This document shows, piece after piece, positions 1-7,739 of a stretch of 22,198 bases of DNA. The notes under the pieces are model-generated. The model saw nothing but the letters and a program-made list of their open reading frames with translations, did no database searches and was not told where the DNA came from. The DNA is taken from assembly GCA_964426185.1 (NCBI GenBank), contig CAYRPF010000054.1:1-22198 (forward strand), written 5' to 3'. Numbering within the stretch: the stretch's first letter is position 1; every line of letters begins with the position of its first letter. Source of the stretch: an uncultured archaeon (lineage in GTDB: Archaea; Asgardarchaeota; Lokiarchaeia; Sigyniarchaeales; Promethearchaeaceae). The translations under genes were made by a program, and so were the position numbers.

Positions 1-32
1 TTTAGATGATTTAAAGATGGATTTAAGATGGA
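1..32. repeat. Degenerate 9-12 bp tandem repeat spanning the stop codon of the first gene
   Basis: tttagatga tttaaagatgga tttaagatgga; may continue beyond the window edge. Confidence 0.5.
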
Positions 33-1279
33 ATAATTACTTTAATCTTGATATCTTTGTCGGTTTCAACCTTAATCGCATTCTGCAATTCTTCTCTATC
101 GTTTTTAACTTTTTTAAGTAATTCTGAGTAATCCCTGCGATATCGAGATACATCATTTTCAAAATGTTCCAAATCCAGTGTAGCAATCGAAATTTTTTCT
201 TTTAAATCATTTCGTTGTGATTCCAACCCTTTAGATTTCATTTTATTTTGAATTTTCTCCTTCTTCTCCATTAATTCCAGAATTTTCCTAATATCGTCTT
301 CTAATGCGTTATTAGAAACAATTTCGTTTATATTTTCAATAATGCGATTTTTTAAGTCTGATTTTAATTGGAGATAATCTCTTTCATCTTCCAGCAAAAT
401 ACGTGTTTTAATCAATAATTGGCGCAAATGGGGGATTTTCGGACCCTCTTTTAATATTTCTGATACTGGATCTTTTAAATATGGTTTTAAATCATATTCT
501 GAAATATCACGGAGCGTTATGGTGCCTTTTTCAAGGGATTTCTTCATCTTTTTGAAGGCCTTACTGAATTTGAGATTTTCCCTGAAATCACGTTTAAGTA
601 GTTCTAATTCATGTTCTATTTTTTGAAATTCTTGCAAATCGGGGTCTTCATTTAATTGTTCAAGTTCTGCTTCTTTTCTTTGTAGATTTTCTTTCATGCT
701 CTTAAATGTGTCTTCTAATTCGTCTAATTTCTTTTTTGTGGTTGCTAAGCGTTCAATATTATTATTAAGTAGAGGAATTCGTTTAATTAATTGTTCCGCT
801 TCTTTTCCATCTTGGTAATTCTTCAAGATAAATTTATTGATTTTTTGATTGTAATTTCCGATTTTTCGTAAATGAAGATCAATTTCTTTAATTTCTAATT
901 TGAATTCTTTGTAAAATCGGCGCATCGTCTTTTTACCTTGGGCATTATAAGTCATATAGACTTTTTTAACTCCGTCGTTAAATTTCTGACAAGCGTCATA
1001 AGAAATTGAAGTGTGTACAGTGGGGATTTCCAATTCATCCAATGAATTTAGCACTGATTCAATAAACCGGTCCATGATCTTTTTGGTTTTTTCATCTAAA
1101 TTTTCACCATCGCTATCAGGAGTGTGATTCCGCCAAGCTTTTAGTGAGTTTTTGGCTTGAGCGACTTCTTCGGAAATTTTTGTGTAAATTTTACCAAGTA
1201 GTTTATGTTCTCTCTTAAAGCGTTCTTGTAATTGTTTTAAATACCAAGCTTCAAGTTCTGCTAAATTCACTTCTGTCAT
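23..1279 (-). CDS. Hypothetical helical, coiled-coil-rich protein (418 aa)
   Basis: Long ORF with ATG start, K/E/L-rich with heptad stretches (e.g. KKKLDELEDTFKSMKENLQRKEAELEQLNE). TATA-like TTTTTATATT about 32 nt upstream. No Walker A or other catalytic motif recognised. Confidence 0.85.
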   Translation of the reverse strand: MTEVNLAELEAWYLKQLQERFKREHKLLGKIYTKISEEVAQAKNSLKAWRNHTPDSDGENLDEKTKKIMDRFIESVLNSLDELEIPTVHTSISYDACQKFNDGVKKVYMTYNAQGKKTMRRFYKEFKLEIKEIDLHLRKIGNYNQKINKFILKNYQDGKEAEQLIKRIPLLNNNIERLATTKKKLDELEDTFKSMKENLQRKEAELEQLNEDPDLQEFQKIEHELELLKRDFRENLKFSKAFKKMKKSLEKGTITLRDISEYDLKPYLKDPVSEILKEGPKIPHLRQLLIKTRILLEDERDYLQLKSDLKNRIIENINEIVSNNALEDDIRKILELMEKKEKIQNKMKSKGLESQRNDLKEKISIATLDLEHFENDVSRYRRDYSELLKKVKNDREELQNAIKVETDKDIKIKVIIPS

Positions 1280-1310
1280 AGGTCACAATCAGTATGAATA
1301 ATTCACCGCA

Positions 1311-1320
1311 ATATAAAAAA
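1311..1320 (-). promoter_or_regulatory. Putative TATA box for the 23..1279 gene
   Basis: Minus strand TTTTTATATT about 32 nt upstream of ATG 1279. A small palindrome TGAAT-A-ATTCA (1295-1305) lies between the box and the start. Confidence 0.4.
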
Positions 1321-1358
1321 CTATTATGAAAATTATTAGTAATTTAAAAGGAAGCAAA

Positions 1359-3155
1359 TTAGTTTTCTGATTTTCGAATAAATTCTCTTAATGCCTCCAT
1401 ATCGATACCTAAATAGCCTTGTTCTGCATATTCAGGTGATCTAATCCGCATCATGGATTTATCTTCGTCACTAATAAATAACATACCCTTTTTCAGAAAT
1501 CCATTTATATAATTATGAAATTCCAATTTATCTTGAATTAAATCTTCAGATGGTTGTTCATCGTAGGTATGAATCAGTGGGGCGCTATTTTCATCAGCGT
1601 GCATTCCTTTCATTCCCACAAAAAGGGCGCCTAATGTGGCAATAAAGGGTAATTGGTGCACCATGTCGCTCATTTTCAAAAATGCTTGAATATTTTTAGC
1701 AGAAAGGTATTCTGAAAATAAATCAATATTGAATCCAAAACAACAACTATAATGGGTGTTTTGGGCTTTCTCAATTCCTTCTTTAATTATTTTTAAGCGA
1801 GTGAATTTATTTGTAGGTGAAGTTCGAAACAACTCCTTGTAATCTGCGGTATTCAATAATTTCATGGAATAATTCTGCCCGTCGTATTTCATTTCTGCCA
1901 GGGCTTCATATGGTTTGTTTTCATCTTTAATATTATCTTGATAGGTGACAATAAGGATGTTACCAAAGTATCGGGTCATAGTTTTAAATGCATTAGAGAT
2001 TTCGGTTATTCCTGAACCCAATTCAAGTCCGAACAATTTCAAAAAGGAATTTAATAGTGAATCTGGATAATAAGTTGCTGAAAACACTAATTCAAATAAA
2101 CTGGTTAAAAATTCAAACATTCCCATGTCTGAGTTACGAAATCGTGTGAAGTATTTCCAGAAATCCTGTGTTTCTAATATTGCGGTGCGTATTCCTGTTT
2201 TTTTATAGATGTTTTTACCAATATCAAGTAATGATTTTTCTGGAGTTAACAAATCTTTGAATATATGATTGGGTAAGGCCGTTAATTTCATTTGGTTGTG
2301 ATCTACCATCATTTTTACTCCAAACAATAAGTTCTTATGATCATTAGAAACCAGCACAAAATTCATGGTAAGATCATCCAAAAGCGTGGTAATAATTGTG
2401 GACCATTGTTGTAAATCCACGTTGTTCCAAGAGATAATCCATTTTTTTATTGTTTGAAAAATTTTGGGATTTTTGATATTTTGTGAGAGAAAATAGTAAA
2501 TGTCATTATTGGATTCTTCTTGAAAACCTTTTAAAATCGGATTTTTCCAGCTAAGAATTCTAGAAATTGCCAAAAGGGTATTAGTATTGAATGATGGTAG
2601 ATTTAATGAAGCAATATCGGATTTTATCGACCAAGGAATTATAAAAGGATAGACTTTTTCAAAACCATAATTTTTGGAAAAATATTCATTAACAAAAGGT
2701 GCAATTGATTGTTTTTGATACATTATTTCTTGAAGTTTTAAAATAAATTCATCCCTTTCCTCAAATTCTCTTAAAAATTCCACTTCACTCTGTAAAAAGG
2801 ATCGGTTTACTTTCTTTTCATCTTCATCTAGAATTTGCTCAATATGAAATAAGAATCCATCTAGTAATTGCAATGATTTATCTACAAACATGAAAAAGAC
2901 ATGTTGAAATGGGATTTTTTCATATAAAAAATTCAATATATGGTAAATTTGGGTTAAGTTCCATGAAATTGGTAAACCCGAGTAAAATATTTTGGGAATT
3001 GAAACTTTCTCAAAAGGATTCAATGCAATTCTGTTAAAAATTTGACTTGAAAGTTCTACAGATTTGTGAAATTTCTGAATATCTTTTGAAATCACACTTT
3101 TTTTCATGTTCATATTCAAATCGTTATAAGAAATCCGTAAAAAACCTTTTTTCAT
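1359..3155 (-). CDS. Hypothetical protein (about 580-598 aa; true start may be ATG 3113 or 3107)
   Basis: Uninterrupted 1.8 kb ORF in AT-rich DNA, no recognised motif. A start at 3155 leaves only 42 bp to the divergent gene, so a downstream ATG is plausible. Confidence 0.8.
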   Translation of the reverse strand: MKKGFLRISYNDLNMNMKKSVISKDIQKFHKSVELSSQIFNRIALNPFEKVSIPKIFYSGLPISWNLTQIYHILNFLYEKIPFQHVFFMFVDKSLQLLDGFLFHIEQILDEDEKKVNRSFLQSEVEFLREFEERDEFILKLQEIMYQKQSIAPFVNEYFSKNYGFEKVYPFIIPWSIKSDIASLNLPSFNTNTLLAISRILSWKNPILKGFQEESNNDIYYFLSQNIKNPKIFQTIKKWIISWNNVDLQQWSTIITTLLDDLTMNFVLVSNDHKNLLFGVKMMVDHNQMKLTALPNHIFKDLLTPEKSLLDIGKNIYKKTGIRTAILETQDFWKYFTRFRNSDMGMFEFLTSLFELVFSATYYPDSLLNSFLKLFGLELGSGITEISNAFKTMTRYFGNILIVTYQDNIKDENKPYEALAEMKYDGQNYSMKLLNTADYKELFRTSPTNKFTRLKIIKEGIEKAQNTHYSCCFGFNIDLFSEYLSAKNIQAFLKMSDMVHQLPFIATLGALFVGMKGMHADENSAPLIHTYDEQPSEDLIQDKLEFHNYINGFLKKGMLFISDEDKSMMRIRSPEYAEQGYLGIDMEALREFIRKSEN

Positions 3156-3197
3156 TTTCTTACGAAAATCTAAAAATTACAAATACTTAATAATATT

Positions 3198-4364
3198 ATG
3201 AATTCAGTTTCTGGTTCACCGCTTCCAAACGAAATTTCGGAGATTCTAATAAAAAATTATCAAACATTACTGCAAAATCCGAAGCCAGAAGATGAAGAAC
3301 GAATTCACACTGAAATGATTGAAATTTTCAAAAAATTAGTTATAAATTCTCAACCAGATACTGAATTTCAACATAAATGTGAGATCATTCAAGAATTAAT
3401 TGAAGCATGGGAGCCTTTGGATTATTGGTTTGTAGAACTTCCTGAATTGCCTATCATATTACGCGATTTTTTAATAGATTTTGCTAATTTTAAGCCATTT
3501 TCTGAGAAGAAAGCCTTGCTTCCCCGCGAAGGAGCCAAGATTCTTTCTAAAAATCTTGTCAAAGATGGAGATCTTAATATTTCTCTGGAGGATGATGAAG
3601 AAGAAAAATCAATTACTCCCGAAGAATCTAATCGAATAAATAAACGAATCGAACAATTACAAGAACGGATGAAGCATTTAAAACAAAAATTTACTCCCAA
3701 AGATACCAATCGTTCGTTAAATATTCCTTCTATTCCAAAATCTGGTGGAATTCAAAAAAATGTAAAAAAAAATTTAACCCCTCCTAAAATAATAATTCCT
3801 CAAGAAGATCTGAATCATTCTTTTGCACCTTCTATAGAGCTTTCAGACAATATCTTATCTATTGAGAAAAAACCCACTTCTAGTGAAATAGAAAATACTG
3901 CAGAAATACCAGATAAAAAACCAAATGAAAAATCAACAGTAAAATTAACAGAAAAATCTGCAAACAATCCTATAAAATTTCATACTCGGGAAGAAATCGA
4001 TGAAATATTGGACTTAGAGCAAATACATTCAGATGGATCGAAACTTTTAACCCAAATTTTTGTGAAAAACGCTGCAAATCCCCAAAACCCAGATATAATT
4101 TTGAAGGATGTTTTTGATCAGTCAAATTTCGAACAACTGGAGAAGAAAACTGAAGAACAAATTGATCCGGAATTATTATATCAAGAACTATTAAGATTTC
4201 GTGGTAAGCTGACTCATTTACAGTTGAAGTATCAACAATTAAAAGAAACCTATAAAAAAGGGGAATTACCAGAGGAAAGGTTTAAGGTGTATCTTGAGCA
4301 AAATCAAAGTCAGATAGAAGAAATAAAAACTAAAATTTCTCATATTGAACGTAACCTTTTTTGA
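3198..4364 (+). CDS. Hypothetical protein: N-terminal helical domain, coiled coil, low-complexity Pro/Ser/Lys linker, C-terminal helical hairpin
   Basis: 388 aa ORF with RINKRIEQLQERMKHLKQ coiled coil, a PPKIIIP-type linker and C-terminal LKETYKKGELPEERFKVYL helix-turn-helix hairpin. Confidence 0.82.
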   Translation: MNSVSGSPLPNEISEILIKNYQTLLQNPKPEDEERIHTEMIEIFKKLVINSQPDTEFQHKCEIIQELIEAWEPLDYWFVELPELPIILRDFLIDFANFKPFSEKKALLPREGAKILSKNLVKDGDLNISLEDDEEEKSITPEESNRINKRIEQLQERMKHLKQKFTPKDTNRSLNIPSIPKSGGIQKNVKKNLTPPKIIIPQEDLNHSFAPSIELSDNILSIEKKPTSSEIENTAEIPDKKPNEKSTVKLTEKSANNPIKFHTREEIDEILDLEQIHSDGSKLLTQIFVKNAANPQNPDIILKDVFDQSNFEQLEKKTEEQIDPELLYQELLRFRGKLTHLQLKYQQLKETYKKGELPEERFKVYLEQNQSQIEEIKTKISHIERNLF

Positions 4365-4471
4365 AATTCACTATTTTCGCAAGAGTTTAAAAAGATTTAA
4401 AAAGATTTTTTCCGAAAGATTTTTTTGAATGAGAAGCTTATCACCTATACAGATAAGATAGAGGATTGGCA

Positions 4472-4876
4472 ATGTCAAAAACTGAATTTATGACCGCTAT
4501 TGAAACCGCATTTGATGAGGGTCTTCCTTTTATTGATTTTACTGAATTTTATACCTATGCCTTAATTCCCAAAGGAGACAAATATCTTGAGATTTCCTAT
4601 GATTTTGAAGATCATGAAATAATGGAAAATCGAACACTTGATCCAGCGAAAGCGTATTTTAATTTTTGCGAAGAAGTGGAGAAGGCTTTAGCAGAAGAAT
4701 TAGAAATTTTTTATCTTAATAAATGGCGCGATTTTAAAAACTCTTTATCCGGGAATGAAGCAGCAAAATTACCAAAATTGATAGAAGAGTTAGTAAATAA
4801 TACAGATACATATGGTAATGATATTCCTGTTATAAAAAGTCCAGAAGATCTAGCCAAATTGAAGGAAAAATTATAG
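4472..4876 (+). CDS. Small acidic hypothetical protein (134 aa)
   Basis: ATG 4472 preferred over TTG 4466 because the SD-like GAGGA at 4461-4465 is 6 nt upstream of it. Globular-looking composition. Confidence 0.8.
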   Translation: MSKTEFMTAIETAFDEGLPFIDFTEFYTYALIPKGDKYLEISYDFEDHEIMENRTLDPAKAYFNFCEEVEKALAEELEIFYLNKWRDFKNSLSGNEAAKLPKLIEELVNNTDTYGNDIPVIKSPEDLAKLKEKL

Positions 4877-4977
4877 ATAATTATCTCTGAAATCCTTGAT
4901 TTCTCTATATAAATTTTACCTGAAAGATTTTTTCAAAAATTTTCTCTTAACAAATATTCAAGGAGAAGGAATAAATC

Positions 4978-5457
4978 ATGTCAGAGCCAGAACCCATTGG
5001 AAAAATCATGCGAAAAATAAAGAAAAAATGGGATAAAGATCCTGAAGGATGGTCCGTATTTGGGAATGTTGATAGAGATGGAAATCGTGAAATGTTCATC
5101 AATCAAGCACCTAACAGTTATTGGTTGAAAATGCGCACCATCACTGCTCATAATCAGATGGCATTTGGAAAAGAACTACGGAATATTGATGATGAAATAA
5201 ATCAGAAAATTGGTGGAAGGCATAATCAGAAAAAAATTCAGAGTAAAGAAGAATTATTGCAAATTTTCGCATTAATGACCCCGTCTGAGAAAGAATATCT
5301 ATATACTGCCGGTGTAGAGCGATTTTCGCCTAAATTTGTCGAATCTCACAAAATGAAAATTGAAGAAAAAGAAACAGATGCAGATAAGCTTTATCGATTA
5401 TATTTACGAAAAAAATGGCAACGAGAACAAGAAATGCGGGAAAATATGTATCTTTAA
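4978..5457 (+). CDS. Hypothetical protein (159 aa)
   Basis: ATG preceded by AGGAGAAGGA, with TATATAAA at 4906-4913. The WDKDPEGWSVFG ... RNIDDEI pattern recalls an uncharacterised archaeal family (recollection, unverified). Confidence 0.8.
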   Translation: MSEPEPIGKIMRKIKKKWDKDPEGWSVFGNVDRDGNREMFINQAPNSYWLKMRTITAHNQMAFGKELRNIDDEINQKIGGRHNQKKIQSKEELLQIFALMTPSEKEYLYTAGVERFSPKFVESHKMKIEEKETDADKLYRLYLRKKWQREQEMRENMYL

Positions 5458-5469
5458 ATTTCCTAATTT

Positions 5470-6966
5470 CTAAATCCGTCCATCTGACAAATATTTCTTT
5501 GTTTGTTCATGAGTAAACCAGTATTTCCCATTTAAACAAGCTAAACAAAGTTTTTCTTTCGGCAAATTGATTGCTTGGATCAAACCCTCAATAGAGAGAT
5601 ATTGAAGAGAATCTGCACCAATCTCTTCCCTGATTAATTCTATTGCTTCTTCATAACTTTTGGATAGATTGATTTTCCGACCAAAAATCAATTCTTGTTG
5701 AGAGGGGAAATCTACCCCATAAAAACATGGATTTGCAATAGGAGGGCTTGATGAGCGAACATGGACCTTTTTTGCACCTGCTTCACGAAGAAGATTAACT
5801 ATTCTAGTCATTGTAGTTCCTCTAACTATTGAATCATCAAAAAGGATTACTTCCTTGCCTTTTATTATAGTTTCTACCGCATTTAACTTCATTCTGACTA
5901 AATTCATTCTCTCTGCTTGACTTGGTGCTATAAAACTCCTGAATACATATCGATTTTTCATCAACCCTTCATCATAAGGTATATTTGATTCATATGCATA
6001 ACCCAAAGCAGCAGATCTGCCAGAATCAGGAACGGGAACGACAATTGCACTAGAAAATTTACTTTTTTCTTCACGAGCTAAATTTCGTCCTAATTGTTCC
6101 CTTGTTCGATGAACAGAACGGTTGTCAATTAGTGAATCTCCTCTAGCAAAATAGACATATTCAAAAATGCAGTGATGTGGTGAAACTGGCATTATTTGTT
6201 CGCTATGAAAGAAATGATCTTGATGAACATGTATGATTTCCCCAGGAGCAACATCCCGAAGAAGAGTGCCCCCTAATGAAGTAATTGCACATGATTCTGA
6301 AGCGATAATATATAATTCTGTTCCAAGCAAAGTCGCAGTTCCTAAACAAAGAGGTTTATTTCCACTGCGATATGCATATATATCTCCTTCATTGGTTAAT
6401 AAAATGATAGAAAATGCGCCATCTAACAATCGGGTAGTAAAAGCTAAATTCTCTACCCAATTTTCTGCCACCATATGATTCGAAGCTAGCAAATTCGCAA
6501 TAACTTCTGTATCGCCGTTTGTAAGGAAGATACGCCCCTTTGTTCCTAATTTTTCCTTCAATATTGGATAATTGGTAATATTTCCATTAAATGCAATTGA
6601 AAATGGCGGTGTTTGGGTCGTTTCATAATGAAATGGTTGAGCATTGAGAATGTCTCCGCTACCCGCTGTTCCATAACGAACATGACCGATTCCAATATTT
6701 CCCCATAGTTTTGCCAAGATATCTTGAGTGAGTGCTTCAAAAACCAAACCTTCTTGTTTGAAGGTGTGAATTGTTTTATTTGCATCTACTATGCTGATTC
6801 CTGCTGCTTCTTGTCCTCGATGTTGTAAAGCCATCAATCCTTGAAAAATTGTTTGAGCAACATGGACGGATGGATCTTTTGAAATCACTCCGATGATTCC
6901 GCATTCTTCATGAGGTTTATCCCATTTTATTGGTTCATATATCATTTTTTGTTGCATTTTTATCAC
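5470..6966 (-). CDS. purF: Amidophosphoribosyltransferase (propeptide and 4Fe-4S type)
   Basis: HEECGIIG propeptide/Ntn cysteine, LQHRGQEAAG, GHVRYGT, PRPP motif LFDDSIVRGTT, Fe-S cysteines in CIFEYVYF, PCFYG and CLAC. Start could be one of three nearby Met codons. Confidence 0.97.
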   Translation of the reverse strand: MIKMQQKMIYEPIKWDKPHEECGIIGVISKDPSVHVAQTIFQGLMALQHRGQEAAGISIVDANKTIHTFKQEGLVFEALTQDILAKLWGNIGIGHVRYGTAGSGDILNAQPFHYETTQTPPFSIAFNGNITNYPILKEKLGTKGRIFLTNGDTEVIANLLASNHMVAENWVENLAFTTRLLDGAFSIILLTNEGDIYAYRSGNKPLCLGTATLLGTELYIIASESCAITSLGGTLLRDVAPGEIIHVHQDHFFHSEQIMPVSPHHCIFEYVYFARGDSLIDNRSVHRTREQLGRNLAREEKSKFSSAIVVPVPDSGRSAALGYAYESNIPYDEGLMKNRYVFRSFIAPSQAERMNLVRMKLNAVETIIKGKEVILFDDSIVRGTTMTRIVNLLREAGAKKVHVRSSSPPIANPCFYGVDFPSQQELIFGRKINLSKSYEEAIELIREEIGADSLQYLSIEGLIQAINLPKEKLCLACLNGKYWFTHEQTKKYLSDGRI

Positions 6967-6971
6967 ATTGA

Positions 6972-7739
6972 TTAGAAATGTCCTTTTGCATAGTTTACTG
7001 CATTTTGGAATATTTTCAAACCATTTTCTTTAGGTGCTTCACCACGAGTCCAATTTGGATGGTTATAAGGAATTAAATGGCATTCTGGATGGGGCATCAT
7101 ACCAAATACATTTCCCGCTTCATTACAAATACCTGCTATTCCATCGATAGATCCATTTGGATTATTTGGATATTCATTTGGTTCGTAGACAAATGGAATC
7201 ATTTCTTCTTCCCATAAACGTGAAATAATTTTCGGATCTTTTGTTACGAATTTTCCTTCTCCATGACGCACAGGTACTTCCAATATAAGGTCATAACCTT
7301 CGGTCCAAATACATCTCGATTTGATTGTCTTTAATTTTACCCAACGATCTTCAAACATTCCAGACTGATTTTCAATTAAAGAAACGGATTGTTTAAAATT
7401 ATCCCCGTGAAAGCCAGGTAAAATCCCCATTTTTACCAAAACTTGAAATCCATTGCAAACTCCAAAAATTAATTTTCCTTCATCAATAAATCGACTGAGA
7501 TCTTGTCGTAATGTATAACGGAATTTATTTGCCAATACTGTTCCGGCTCCTAAATAGTCCCCGAAGCTAAATCCTCCAGGAAACATTAAAATTTGATAAT
7601 TTTCCAAAGATTCTCTTCGGTTTATAAAATCATTCACATGAATTCGTTTTACTCGATCAGCTCCAGCCAATTCGAAAGCGTATTTAGATTCATAATCAGA
7701 ATTTATTCCAAATCCCGTCATTATGCAGACATCGACCAT
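6972..7739 (-). CDS. purQ: Phosphoribosylformylglycinamidine synthase glutaminase subunit
   Basis: FPGGFSFGDYLGAG, GVCNGFQ nucleophile, HGEG, NPNGS, MMPHPE. Start overlaps the purL stop (TAATG) and has AGGAGGG upstream. Confidence 0.97.
   Translation of the reverse strand: MVDVCIMTGFGINSDYESKYAFELAGADRVKRIHVNDFINRRESLENYQILMFPGGFSFGDYLGAGTVLANKFRYTLRQDLSRFIDEGKLIFGVCNGFQVLVKMGILPGFHGDNFKQSVSLIENQSGMFEDRWVKLKTIKSRCIWTEGYDLILEVPVRHGEGKFVTKDPKIISRLWEEEMIPFVYEPNEYPNNPNGSIDGIAGICNEAGNVFGMMPHPECHLIPYNHPNWTRGEAPKENGLKIFQNAVNYAKGHF

Noticed and set aside
23-1279. SMC/Rad50/SbcC assignment for the coiled-coil protein
   Set aside because: No Walker A/B, ABC signature or CxxC hook; similarity would be compositional only.
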